Shown: positions 1 through 10,032 of the stretch, one piece after another
Layout: the number at the start of each line of letters is the position of its first letter
Numbering within the stretch: position 1 is the stretch's first letter
Assembly (NCBI GenBank): GCA_031256995.1
Contig: JAIRPL010000022.1
Coordinates: 1 to 64,000, forward strand
DNA from: Puniceicoccales bacterium
GTDB lineage: Bacteria; Verrucomicrobiota; Verrucomicrobiia; Opitutales; UBA953
Length of the DNA stretch: 64,000 nucleotides
Reading direction: 5' to 3'
Position numbers and translations under genes: made by a program
Notes under the pieces: generated by a model
Databases searched by the model: none
The model's input: the letters and a program-made list of their open reading frames with translations, nothing else
Told to the model about the DNA's origin: nothing

Positions 1-299
1 GGACGGTCTACTCCCGTCCATAAACTTCCACAAAATAACCGACAAAAGAACCAACAATAAACCTTCCCCCGCCCTCCACATGCCTCCACAAATGTGCGAA
101 ACTTTCCGGACACAACCGAGGATGCCCTGGCCGACAGATGGGGATAAAAGCCAGTGGCTCCCGGAATTTGGCCTCGAAGTTCGGATCGCAAGAGAGTTTG
201 GACGTCTGGGTCTGCTGGGGCTTGATCTCGCTGGCCGCCCGAATGCGCTGCACGCCCGCTGGAGACATACCGGTTTGGCGCGCCATCGCCGGCACACTC

Positions 300-440
300 C
301 AGCCGGTCGGACATGGCGCCGGGTGGGGCGCGGCGGTGAGACATGGCGGCGCGTGAAACATGGCGGCAGGTGCGGCGCGGCGATGGGTGGGACATGGCGG
401 CGCGCGGAACGTGAGGCCGGCTGGGGCATGGCGGCAAAGA
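300..440. repeat. five copies of a (A/G)CATGGCGGC core, including a 20-bp direct repeat GACATGGCGGCGCGYGRAAC at 342-361 and 392-411
   Basis: Read directly: core motif at ~311, 342, 358, 392 and 427. The region lacks a convincing gene on either strand. Confidence 0.6.
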
Positions 441-684
441 GATGCCGGCAAGGCGTGGCGATGTTTTTTTGGAGTGCGGCGTGAAGGGCGGCAACTTGTC
501 ACCGACTTGCGGCAGGCAATTTGCCACCCAGCTCGCCGACGATTCGGCTGGTTTTTCGCCAGCGCGGGTAACTTCTCGCTGGTTCGGTTAATCGGAGGTG
601 CGGGGTGGCGCGAAAATTCGCGCCACCGAGAAACAGCAGCAAGTTACCACACTGTGGAAGAACGACAGCATTTGCGAATGAACC

Positions 685-1845
685 CTAATTCACCCAAATA
701 GGATAAAGAGGTTCATCAACCTTTGACGGCTTTTGCTTTTCTTGCAAGGCTTCCCTTTGGACAGCTATTTTTTTACTTAGATCCTCATATTCCTCGGACA
801 AAGCCGAATGACGCGCCTTCCACTTTTTCTCGCGCAAAGCCAGCTCTTTCGCAACACGGTCCTCCTCGATCTTCGCAAGCCTCTTGGCCAAGTCTGGATT
901 GAATCTTGTCTTCTTGGCGTAAGGCGAGAAAAGACGATCTTTCGACATGTCGCGAAGCGCACTCTTCTGCATGCACAACAACAAACCCGCGCGCTTGGAT
1001 TCAGAGTCATAGCCGGCAAGCTTGAGATACGGCTCTATGGAAGCCGGCTTGTCACCAAAGTGCAATAGAAGATAATAAAAGAAATCGTCCTCCTCGCTTT
1101 CCACACGATCTTTGGAAGAGTGGAGAGCAAAATTGTCGATCCGACATTTCGCATTCCAAAGGGAAGCTTCCTCCCTTTTCCAATCCGACACTTCCTCCTT
1201 TGTCTTCGTTTTCGGGTTCAGGTTCTTTTCGATATTATTCCTAAATCGGGAATTGGCTCTTTCCAATCGACGGATCCCAATGTCAACGGCAAGTTTTTCC
1301 TCCGCAAATTCCTCGCTGACTTGGCGCATCCTCTTTAGAAAAAGCGCGCGATAGGTGGCACGAAGATGATGCAGTTTCCTGGGATCTATCTTCTCCCTCG
1401 CAAGAAACTCGGCTGATTCCGCGGACAATCGATCCGAGGCAAAGGCAGAGTCGCCGAAAAAATGAATGAACTTGGCGTTCCACGCCCATTCCCAAAGGCG
1501 GTTGGGGTCCGGGAATGGGAGAAAAAGAGTCTGATAACACGCCCATTCCAAAGCCACGAACTCGGAGCGAGTCGAGACAAACAACCTGCTCCTTCCATCT
1601 TTGAGACGTGCACGTCGCTTCTCCGAAATCTCGGCAAACAATCGATGCAATTTTCGTGAAAACGATTCACCCATGTCGTCTTCCTTCAGCGCATTGCGCA
1701 ATTCCTCTATGCGCGGAACATATTCGCCAGCCTCGCGCAAGGGAAGGATCGGTTCGGGTATCACGGCACCGTGCAATGCCGCAATCGACACAAACGCAAA
1801 AAACACCAACAGAGAACTCAAAAAAATCGGGATTTGCTTTTTCAT
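685..1845 (-). CDS. secreted hypothetical protein with a Lys/Glu-rich tail
   Basis: ORF 685..2004 trimmed to the internal ATG at 1843-1845, which opens a classic signal peptide MKKQIPIFLSSLLVFFAFVSIAALHG. An aaagga RBS-like sequence lies 7 nt upstream. No catalytic motif recognised. Confidence 0.5.
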   Translation of the reverse strand: MKKQIPIFLSSLLVFFAFVSIAALHGAVIPEPILPLREAGEYVPRIEELRNALKEDDMGESFSRKLHRLFAEISEKRRARLKDGRSRLFVSTRSEFVALEWACYQTLFLPFPDPNRLWEWAWNAKFIHFFGDSAFASDRLSAESAEFLAREKIDPRKLHHLRATYRALFLKRMRQVSEEFAEEKLAVDIGIRRLERANSRFRNNIEKNLNPKTKTKEEVSDWKREEASLWNAKCRIDNFALHSSKDRVESEEDDFFYYLLLHFGDKPASIEPYLKLAGYDSESKRAGLLLCMQKSALRDMSKDRLFSPYAKKTRFNPDLAKRLAKIEEDRVAKELALREKKWKARHSALSEEYEDLSKKIAVQREALQEKQKPSKVDEPLYPIWVN

Positions 1846-1858
1846 GACATTGTCCTTT

Positions 1859-3160
1859 CTATTTTGATTTCCCATTCTCAGCGCCGCCGTTGTCCGCCTT
1901 TGGAGAATCCGTTTTCTCCGAACCTGGATTTTCAGATTTTTCCAATGACGAGGCCGTGGAAACCAACTGCGAACCCGCGTCGACCTTTTCAGCATTTCCC
2001 GCATTTTTCATCCACTCACGATAGGCCTCCGACGCGCGTATTTTTGATTCAAAGTCAGACCCGGATCTCACGTTTTTTGCGGCCTCTTTCGCGGCGGCTT
2101 CGGCGGCAAGGCGTTTGTCATCCGCGTTCCATCGTTTCAAAACCTCACGATACTTGTCAAACCACTCAATTTCCAACTTCCTTGCAACGCCAGCCTTATG
2201 CAAGCCGAAAAAAACCCACTCCGTATCCTTGTCACGTGGAATCGTCCGCTCCAGCAACAACGTCAAATGAAGATTCTTTGGGAAAGGATTCATCCTCTTA
2301 TAGGCCAAAAGGCGCTCATGCCTTCCTTTCTCACCCCATTCGCGGCAAAGGCCTGTCCTCCGCACATAACTTTGCACAACATGGCCTTGCTTGGGAAAAC
2401 ACTTCACAAGCTTGCGAATATAATCGCGCAGCATGAATTCTTTTGCATTCTCGATGGAAATTCGCATCGCGCCAAGCCGATTCCCGCGCCAATAAAGGTG
2501 GTCTTCCAATTTAAGGCTCAATGGATCGGAGGATGTGGTCAACACGGCTCCGGGCTTCTTCATTTCTTCAACATGGGTCCATCTTCCCACATTCTTTTTC
2601 AAATCCGCATTCTCTTTCTCGTGTGCCACCCAGTCTTCGCAATAGGCAAGCATCCTGCTTAGATGCGCAAGCACAATCGCAAGGTTTTCCACCTGGCGCC
2701 TCCGATAAGACTTTTCGTCCAACCCAAACAAGAGCGAACTTCTTTCGGCGGAATCACGGCACAAAAACTTGCATGCCGAGACCTTGGAGGAAAAATCTGT
2801 GACATACCAAGTCGTATAACGCCCTTCCGCCTGATTCTCAAGCTCATCAAAGGTGAGAAGTGGCGCGGACAGTTGATAATAACCTATCCAATGAAAAAGC
2901 GCCTTCGCATCCGCGCTCCTTGGGTAATCCCCTCCTTCCTTTTTGCGAATCTCTTTCATTGTCTTGTCCGCCACCTGATAAAACTCAAGAATCCGCCCTT
3001 CCTCATAAAGATTCCGGATCTTATCAAGTTGCGGAACATATTTTCCTATTGCTTGTTGGGGAACAAGTGGCGGAGCCAATGCAGGCATTTTCACTGGAAG
3101 TTGCGCGCGCAAGCAGGGCACAGAAAAAAGAAATGCCAGAAATAAAATCAAGGTTTTCAT
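1859..3160 (-). CDS. secreted hypothetical protein, same architecture as its neighbour (possible tandem paralogue)
   Basis: N-terminal signal peptide MKTLILFLAFLFSVPCLRAQ. Acidic/Lys-rich C-terminal tail like the 685-1845 product. Only 13 nt separate it from the downstream gene. Confidence 0.5.
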   Translation of the reverse strand: MKTLILFLAFLFSVPCLRAQLPVKMPALAPPLVPQQAIGKYVPQLDKIRNLYEEGRILEFYQVADKTMKEIRKKEGGDYPRSADAKALFHWIGYYQLSAPLLTFDELENQAEGRYTTWYVTDFSSKVSACKFLCRDSAERSSLLFGLDEKSYRRRQVENLAIVLAHLSRMLAYCEDWVAHEKENADLKKNVGRWTHVEEMKKPGAVLTTSSDPLSLKLEDHLYWRGNRLGAMRISIENAKEFMLRDYIRKLVKCFPKQGHVVQSYVRRTGLCREWGEKGRHERLLAYKRMNPFPKNLHLTLLLERTIPRDKDTEWVFFGLHKAGVARKLEIEWFDKYREVLKRWNADDKRLAAEAAAKEAAKNVRSGSDFESKIRASEAYREWMKNAGNAEKVDAGSQLVSTASSLEKSENPGSEKTDSPKADNGGAENGKSK

Positions 3161-3211
3161 GGTCGTTTTCGTAAGGATGTCATGCGGTGGGTTAAAAATG
3201 TGTTGGGAAAA

Positions 3212-4555
3212 TCAAGGTTTCCAATCATTTTCTTTATCCCTGTATTGGAAAGCCCACGTCCCTCCAAACCCAACCCCTCGGATGACCGAAGAATTGAATT
3301 TTTTGACAAGGCCATAGTCACCGAGCATTGGATTCGTCTCCGTGCTAATCTCAAAAGTTTGCAACACTGGCGGCATCTCAATCCCGTTCCAAGAAAATCC
3401 ACACGTCCATGTACAGGTGTGCTTCGTTGAAAACAGGGGAAGCGAATTTGAATAAAACCATATTCTATCAACAACACTGGAATTGCTGTTAATTTTGGCT
3501 GGATTCGCATTCGGTTCATGTTTCGCCTGGGAGAAAATGCTTTCTTCGCTTGGTGTATACGTCCCTATCGTCGGTGGACTGCCAACATCCTTTTCCTTAA
3601 GAAAGACACCATCCTCATAATCTCCCCCAAAATTGACAGTTGATGGCATCGGGATCACAAAGATCCTCGTCCAAGCACCTATCCCTGTGGCAGGAACGGG
3701 CACTTTTTCTGGTTCCTGGGAGGCCGGGGTGAACATGTCAGAATACTGGGATGTGTTTGCACCCACCGGGTTTTCCGTAGCCGTCCCCACGTGGCGTGAC
3801 TTCAAAACGCCAGTTGGCTTAAAAATCGTGATTGTCACCCTGGCTGATTTCAGTGTTGTGGTTGTCACCTCAATTTCAACCGTGCGCGAAAGCGGGCCGT
3901 CTATCGGTTTCGCGCCAAGCGCAACAACTTCTCCAAGACCATGGGTAAATTCGGCCCATTCAGAACCCGAGATAATTACCCATTCAGCCCATTCTGTATC
4001 GCCAAGATCCACAGGATCTCCTTTTACCCTGAGATTTATGAGTTCTCCAACACCGATACTCGTTCGGGCACGATCCTGCGGAAAACATCCTTTGACTTGG
4101 ACTATCACATCATCAAATTCATCATACTCTGACGTGTTTTCCTCGCCCGGACTCCAAATATAATTCGCAGAGTGCAAGTCGGTTTTTGTGACAATGTGCA
4201 CACCCTTGCCATGCGCGATGACAGAGGCGAGGCAAAAGAAAGCCAAAAGAAAACTGCCAAGGCAAAACGCCCGGCGTATGATGCCACCCGGCGCAACAGC
4301 ACGTGCAAGGGCATTGGCGATGGCAACCGGACGAACGCGGACGCTGACAATGCGATCAGAGGAGACATCTTCGGCGCCCACGCGATCCCCGACAGCGTCC
4401 CCGCATCGCCCAAGGCTCGCGCATCTCAGTCCGGCGTGGACAGAAGAAGCGGCGGCGCCTGCAAACGCCAACGCCCTTCGGACAGCACGGAGGGCCGCGC
4501 CAAACGCGCCGCCTCGCGCTGCGTCGTCAACCCGCGAGGCATTCTTGGACGTCAT
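3212..4555 (-). CDS. hypothetical exported or membrane-anchored protein; start uncertain
   Basis: Gene body 3212-4200 is ~50% GC and non-repetitive. A hydrophobic anchor AFCLGSFLLAFFCLASVIAHG precedes it. The ORF extends to 4705 through Ala/Arg-rich high-GC sequence that is probably not coding; the first ATG candidate is at 4555. Confidence 0.35.
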   Translation of the reverse strand: MTSKNASRVDDAARGGAFGAALRAVRRALAFAGAAASSVHAGLRCASLGRCGDAVGDRVGAEDVSSDRIVSVRVRPVAIANALARAVAPGGIIRRAFCLGSFLLAFFCLASVIAHGKGVHIVTKTDLHSANYIWSPGEENTSEYDEFDDVIVQVKGCFPQDRARTSIGVGELINLRVKGDPVDLGDTEWAEWVIISGSEWAEFTHGLGEVVALGAKPIDGPLSRTVEIEVTTTTLKSARVTITIFKPTGVLKSRHVGTATENPVGANTSQYSDMFTPASQEPEKVPVPATGIGAWTRIFVIPMPSTVNFGGDYEDGVFLKEKDVGSPPTIGTYTPSEESIFSQAKHEPNANPAKINSNSSVVDRIWFYSNSLPLFSTKHTCTWTCGFSWNGIEMPPVLQTFEISTETNPMLGDYGLVKKFNSSVIRGVGFGGTWAFQYRDKENDWKP

Positions 4556-5755
4556 CCCAACCAGGGCGCCGAGGCTCGCGCGCCAGAACCCGGTGCATCC
4601 AAGGCCGTGCCCCGCCGCCAAAGCCGGGACGTCCCCGGCAAAACCCGCCGCAACAGAATGCGGGGCGGCCCCCTTCTGAGGGCTTGCATATAGGCTGCCA
4701 TTCATAGCAGAATGGCAAGCCCCTTTAGGGCGCTGTTGCGCTGTTGCGCTGTTGCGCGGGCGCCGGAACCGGTGCCGGGAGTTGGAGACGAGTCTTGTTC
4801 ATGGTTTTGAAAAGAAACTCCAGCGAAAACCGCCCCGGCCCAAAGACAAGTCATTTTTCAAGAAAAAATGAAAAAACAAAAGGCCCACTGACGCGGGATG
4901 GATTGTTTTGCGACGTCCGTTGCGGACCTGCGACGGTGCCGCGCCCTGACAACTTTCCGCTGCTTTCACATCCCCGACGCTTCTGAAGGTTCTTTTTCTG
5001 GATTTCTGCAAGCGAGGAAAAAACCAAACAAGGTGGAGATCGAATGCGCGCAACGTCTTGGAGCGCGGCACTCCCGTTCCGCTTTGGGCATATCGACAAA
5101 ACAGAACGTCTCGGGAGCGCCCGGCATTGGCGCCGGGAATGCTGGCCCGCCCCGTCATCCGCAAGCGCCAAAACGGGAATGTTTTGGAATGCTTGACGTT
5201 GGTGTTGGGAGTATTGGACACATCGATGGAGCGGAATGCCTCGGGAGCGCCCGGGCGGCCTGGAAAACAAAAGCGGCAGAGACGTCACGGAATACAATGC
5301 CCGCAGCGATGCGCACTTGGAAGAAGCGACTCGGAAAACGGCGCCCGCTTTGTCCGCGCCTCGCCAACCTTGGCCAACTCCCAGTCATCGGCCTTTTTCG
5401 CTCTCGCAGGCACCGTTCGCCAGCAGGTTCCCGAGACTTGCCAGACTTCCAAGGCGACGAAGGGAAACGCAGCAAAGAAACTGCCGAAGGCGTCGTGCGG
5501 CATTCGACGCTTGCGTTCGCCCTGCCCCTTCCAAAGCGCCTCGGGAAAGCCGTGTTTCAAGTGTGATTTTCAGCGACAATCATTTTCACATCAAAACGTC
5601 CAAGGAGATTTCATTGAAAAACTTCCCAGCCGTTTGTTTCTCCCGGAATCCCGCGTTTTCAAGATTCTCCGTTGGGTTCGTCTCGTGACAACGAGTCAAC
5701 GCACCCTTGACAGCGGATGGGCAAGGGGTGTGTTCTGCTGGAAATTGTTTTTGTC

Positions 5756-7492
5756 ATGCCTGCCGCCGTCCCTTCCCGCCCTTCCGCGCCTCTTGTTCGC
5801 ATCCATGTGGACGGGGTTGAATGTGAGGTCCCGGCGGGCACGAACCTTGTCGAAGCCGCGCGGAAAGTTGGCGTGGAGATTCCGCATTTTTGTTATCATT
5901 CGCAATTGTCCGTGGCTGGAAACTGCAGGATGTGCCTTGTCGAGACGGGCGTGAGGAAAAGCGATCCATCCACGGGGGATGCGGGGACGGGGCCTGGTGG
6001 GGCGCCTGAGATCGCATGGTCCCCAAAACCGGCATCGGCCTGCACGACGCTTGCGTCCGAAGGTTTGCATGTGCGCACCTTGTCGCCGCTTGTGCGTGAA
6101 TGCCGCGAAGGGGTTCTCGAATTTCTTAATTTGAACCATCCGCTTGATTGCCCGGTGTGCGATCAGGCGGGAGAGTGCCGGTTGCAGGAGTATGCCTTTG
6201 CGCATGGGCGCGGATACTCGCGCGCCGGCACCGTGAAAAACCGAAAGCCCAAGGCATTGGCGCTTGGTCCGCGTGTGATGTTTGACGCGGAACGGTGCAT
6301 TCTTTGCGGGCGTTGTGTGCGGTTTTTCCGGGAGATTTCGAAGAATCCGGTTCTGGGGTTTGTCAAACGAGGTTCCCGCAGCGAGCTGGCCTGTTTTCCC
6401 GGCACGGAGTTGGACGACAATTATTCGGTGAATGCCGCCGATTTGTGTCCTGTCGGCGCATTGACCAGCACGTCCTTCCGTTTTGGGTGCCGTGTCTGGT
6501 TTTTGCAAAAGACCCCCTCCATCTGCCCGGAATCCAGCGCCGGGGTGAACACGGATGTCTGGCACCGGGATGGGCGGGTGTTTCGGATAACCCCGCGTCG
6601 CAATGACGCCGTGAATGACTCCTGGATGCCGGACTCGGGGCGCGAGTTTTTCCGCATGCAAAAAGCCCCGGACCGCATGTGCGAGCATTTGCGTGACGGG
6701 GTGGCGGTGACGTCCGCGGCGGCGATCGCGGCGGCCGGCGCGCTGCTTCGCGCGAGTTCGGGCCGGGTGGCCTATGTGGCGTCCGGAAGGCTGGCGTTGG
6801 AGGCGCAATATCTTGCGGCGCTGCTTGTTCGCGCCCTTCCCGGCCCCGTCTGGCTTCCGGCTCACCCAGGGCCGGCGGACGGCCTGTTGGTTTCCGAGGA
6901 GCGCACCCCGAATTTCCGGGGCGCGCTTCTTTCGGGCTTGTTCGATCGCCCGCCTGATGCGGATCTTGCCCCGCTTGCCGCCGCACTGGGATCCGGGGCC
7001 GTGCAGACGCTTGTCATTTTTTGCGAGGATGTGACGGCGTTTGGTGTTTCGCCGGAGTTGCTTCGCAAGAACCGTCTCAAAATCATCTATTTCACGCCAA
7101 GGGCCGATGAGACGACGGCGCGCGCCTCCGTGGTGTTTCCCGTGCTTCATGTGTTTGAGAAGGACGGCACCTTTGTGAACCGGCAGTTCCGGTTGCAGAA
7201 ATTCCTGCGCGCGGTTCCCGGGCCGGAGGGCGTTCCCGCCGAGATGGCCACGCTTGTCCGGCTTCTGCATGCCCTTGCCGATGGCGAAGGCCTTGCGGCG
7301 AACGGCGGCAGTGCGGCCGCATTGCCGGAGCCAAATGTCTCCGCTGTCTGGCGGCAGCTTGGCGCGTCACCCGGTCCGCTGCACGGGTTGACATTTGAAG
7401 GCATTCCGCCGGAGGGTGTCCTGTTGGACGGTTCGCCTTGGGCGCACATTGGTTTCCCGGAAAAAAGCGCGGCGTTGCACTACAATGCCTGA
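5756..7492 (+). CDS. nuoG: NADH-quinone oxidoreductase subunit G-like Fe-S protein (N-terminal 2Fe-2S ferredoxin fold plus 4Fe-4S motifs); orphan copy
   Basis: Motifs: CYHSQLSVAGNCRMCLVE, HPLDCPVCDQAGECRLQ, CILCGRCVRF, CPVGALT. Start taken at the internal ATG 5756 (MPAAVPS...) rather than the ORF start 5717. Confidence 0.75.
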   Translation: MPAAVPSRPSAPLVRIHVDGVECEVPAGTNLVEAARKVGVEIPHFCYHSQLSVAGNCRMCLVETGVRKSDPSTGDAGTGPGGAPEIAWSPKPASACTTLASEGLHVRTLSPLVRECREGVLEFLNLNHPLDCPVCDQAGECRLQEYAFAHGRGYSRAGTVKNRKPKALALGPRVMFDAERCILCGRCVRFFREISKNPVLGFVKRGSRSELACFPGTELDDNYSVNAADLCPVGALTSTSFRFGCRVWFLQKTPSICPESSAGVNTDVWHRDGRVFRITPRRNDAVNDSWMPDSGREFFRMQKAPDRMCEHLRDGVAVTSAAAIAAAGALLRASSGRVAYVASGRLALEAQYLAALLVRALPGPVWLPAHPGPADGLLVSEERTPNFRGALLSGLFDRPPDADLAPLAAALGSGAVQTLVIFCEDVTAFGVSPELLRKNRLKIIYFTPRADETTARASVVFPVLHVFEKDGTFVNRQFRLQKFLRAVPGPEGVPAEMATLVRLLHALADGEGLAANGGSAAALPEPNVSAVWRQLGASPGPLHGLTFEGIPPEGVLLDGSPWAHIGFPEKSAALHYNA

Positions 7493-7574
7493 CGCCGCGC
7501 GAGCCGCCAGTTTTCTCCGTTTTTTCGTGAAATTGTTTGCCTTGGCCCGTCCCTTTGGCTGAATTTCGCACGTC

Positions 7575-8219
7575 ATGTTGCTTGCCGCCCTCAAATTTGT
7601 GTATTTTTCCAACCCCGTCGCGCAGTTTTCTTTCCTTGGACTTCCCGAATGGTGGAACGGTCTTGATGCCGTTGGGCGCGTTTACGGCGGCGTGGGGCTT
7701 GCGGCGGGTGTTGTCACCCTTGTTTTGCTCATGCTCACGGTGCTTGGGCTTGATCAGGGGGGAGTCTCCGGCGCGCTTGACGCGGACATCTCCTCCGGTG
7801 TCGATGTCCACGTGGATGGCTCGCTTTTTTCCACGCGGTCCATCGCCGGTTTTTTTCTCGGCTTTGGCGGTGGCGCGTCCATCGCCTACGAGTCGACCAA
7901 TAATCCGTTTCTGGCCGGCGCGGTTGGTTTTGTCGTGGGTCTCGGCATGTTTTATGCCATTTATCTCATCGGAAAGAAGCTTCTCTCGCTGCAATCCAAC
8001 GGAACCGTGGACTTTGCGCAGGCGGTTGGGAGCACTGGCTCGGTGTACGTCACCATCCCGCCCGCGCGACAACCCGGTGGGCAGGCGCAAGTCGTCTTCA
8101 ACAACCGCCATGAGGTCATCGAGGCGATCTCCGACTCCGAGGAACCCATTCCCGCTGGCGCCAACATCCGCGTGAAACAGCGCATTTCCGGCAAACTTTT
8201 TCTGGTCGAAAGCGTCTGA
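7575..8219 (+). CDS. NfeD/YqiJ-like inner-membrane protein with a C-terminal OB-fold
   Basis: Two or three TM helices followed by an OB-like tail VYVTIPPARQPGGQAQVVFNNRHEVIEAI. Lies directly upstream of a flotillin/SPFH gene, the classic NfeD-SPFH pairing. Confidence 0.6.
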   Translation: MLLAALKFVYFSNPVAQFSFLGLPEWWNGLDAVGRVYGGVGLAAGVVTLVLLMLTVLGLDQGGVSGALDADISSGVDVHVDGSLFSTRSIAGFFLGFGGGASIAYESTNNPFLAGAVGFVVGLGMFYAIYLIGKKLLSLQSNGTVDFAQAVGSTGSVYVTIPPARQPGGQAQVVFNNRHEVIEAISDSEEPIPAGANIRVKQRISGKLFLVESV

Positions 8220-8319
8220 AAACACTTGGATGCGCCCGGTTTGTCCATTTGAAGCCCCAGCGTGACAGCCCTTCCGATTTTGCCCTTTCTTAGTCCATAA
8301 CCCAACCCAACCAACGCCA

Positions 8320-9897
8320 ATGCCACACATCGCCAGCCTGCTCACCCAAAACCTCGTTTTGTTTGCCGCCCGCCTCAGCAGCGGAGGCGAACGCGGCGGC
8401 CTCTTTTCCGGGGGGACCATTTGGTATGTCCTGCTCGCGGCCGCCCTCCTTGGCATCGCGTTATGGGTTATTTCCCGTTATCGCATGTGCCCGCCCGACC
8501 GCGTGCTTGTTGTTTATGGCGCGCGTGTTGCCCGCGGGACTCCCAGCCGGTGTTACCATGGCGGGGCGGCCTTTGTACTCCCGCTTATCCAGAACTACGC
8601 CTATCTCAACCTCAACCCCATGAGCATTGATGTGCCGCTCCGGGGCGCCCTTTCCAATCAAAACATCCGTGTCGACGTCCCGGCCACCTTCACGGTTGGC
8701 GTTTCCACCGAGCCAGGGATCATGGAAAACGCCGCCACGCGCCTGCTGGGCCGCACCATCGACGAGGTCAAGGTGCTCGCCTCCGAGATCATCATGGGGC
8801 AGATGCGCGTCGTCATCGCCTCCATGTCCATTGAGGAAATCAACGCCGACCGCGAGAAACTCGTCACCCTCATTGCAAAAGGCGTCGCGGTCGAGTTGCA
8901 CAAGGTTGGCCTGAAAATGATAAACGCCAACGTGACCGACATCCGTGACGCCTCCGGCTATATCGACGCGCTGGGCCGTGAGGCCGCCGCCCGTGCCATC
9001 AACGAGGCCAACGTCAAGGTGGCCCAGGAAACGCAACGCGGGGAGACGGGCCGTGCCGAGGCACAGCGCGAGCAGGCGATCCGCGTTGCCGAGGCGCAGG
9101 CCGCCGCCATCAAAGGCGAAAACGAGGCAAAAATGCTTGTTGCCGCCTCCAATGCGGACCTGAAGGAAAAAGAGGCCGAAGCCTCCCGCCGCGCCCTTGC
9201 CGCCAGCCGCGTGAAGACCGCGCAGGCCGAGCAGGAGGGCTACCTTGCCCAAAAAGAGGCCGAGTTGACGCGCGCCACCCTCGAAAAGGCCACGATGGAG
9301 GCCGACATCATCACCAAGGCGGACATCGCAAAACGCCGGCAGGAAATTGAGGCCGAGGCCACGGCCGAGGTCACGCGCCGCAAGACACGCGGCGAGGCCG
9401 ACGCCTTCCTGATCCAGAAAAAAGCCGAGGGTGACGGCATTGCCGCTGTCGCGCAAGGGGAGGCCGCCGCGGTCATCACCAAGAAAAAGGCCGAGGGCGA
9501 GGGTATCGCACTTGTTGGCGAGGGCGAGGGGCGCGGGATTCGTGCCCGGTTGCTTGCCGAGGCGGAAGGCACAAAAGCGGTGCTTGAGGGCAAGGCGCAA
9601 GGTTTTGAGCGCCTGGTTGTCTCCGCGGGCGGCGACGTCCGGGGCGCCAACTCGCTTTTGGTCACCGAGCAGATTTCCAGGATTGTCGAGTTGCAGGCCG
9701 GCGCCATCAAAAGTCTCCGTTTCGACAAGGTGGTTGTCATGGGCGGTGGCGCGAACGGCGGAAACGTTGGCGCTTTTGTGCAGGATTTGGTGAAAAACAC
9801 GCTGCCGCTCCACGAAGTCGGCAAAAGCGTCGGCTTGGATCTTCCTGCCATTCTAGGTACTTACAAAGACGATCCCGCCGCCGGGGCCACAAAGTGA
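8320..9897 (+). CDS. flotillin / SPFH (band-7) family protein with a long Ala/Glu-rich coiled coil (YqiK-like)
   Basis: N-terminal TM segment and an SPFH core (RVLVVYGAR...FVLPLIQNYAYLNLNPMSIDV), then an extended EA-repeat coiled coil typical of flotillins. Confidence 0.85.
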   Translation: MPHIASLLTQNLVLFAARLSSGGERGGLFSGGTIWYVLLAAALLGIALWVISRYRMCPPDRVLVVYGARVARGTPSRCYHGGAAFVLPLIQNYAYLNLNPMSIDVPLRGALSNQNIRVDVPATFTVGVSTEPGIMENAATRLLGRTIDEVKVLASEIIMGQMRVVIASMSIEEINADREKLVTLIAKGVAVELHKVGLKMINANVTDIRDASGYIDALGREAAARAINEANVKVAQETQRGETGRAEAQREQAIRVAEAQAAAIKGENEAKMLVAASNADLKEKEAEASRRALAASRVKTAQAEQEGYLAQKEAELTRATLEKATMEADIITKADIAKRRQEIEAEATAEVTRRKTRGEADAFLIQKKAEGDGIAAVAQGEAAAVITKKKAEGEGIALVGEGEGRGIRARLLAEAEGTKAVLEGKAQGFERLVVSAGGDVRGANSLLVTEQISRIVELQAGAIKSLRFDKVVVMGGGANGGNVGAFVQDLVKNTLPLHEVGKSVGLDLPAILGTYKDDPAAGATK

Positions 9898-10032
9898 CCG
9901 CCCCGCCGCAGGCATCGCCAGGGCGCCGGAGGGCGGGCGCCTTCGCCAGCCTCCCCCTTTTCCCCTTGCCAGAAACAGAAGGCTGGCGAACCTGCCGGAT
10001 AACACTTTCGTCCACTTCCCAAAACACATCCC

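Noticed and set aside
4898-5954. ORFs 4898..5566 and 5058..5954 as genes
   Set aside because: Mutually overlapping, no motifs, Arg/Ala-rich composition, and they extend into the nuoG start. Treated as non-coding.
7092-8456. Long antisense or shadow ORFs typical of high-GC DNA (also 8461..9813-, 20690..22021-, 20974..22890-, 23400..24920-, 38739..42074-, 39026..41875+, 43708..45666+, 46405..48699-, 53822..54733+)
   Set aside because: Arg/Gly/Pro-rich junk composition, and each lies opposite or out of frame to a gene with clear homology.
9921-9960. Rho-independent terminator after the flotillin gene (GGCGCC…GGCGCC then a T-rich run)
   Set aside because: The stem is short and the T-tract is interrupted by C residues, so the call is too weak.
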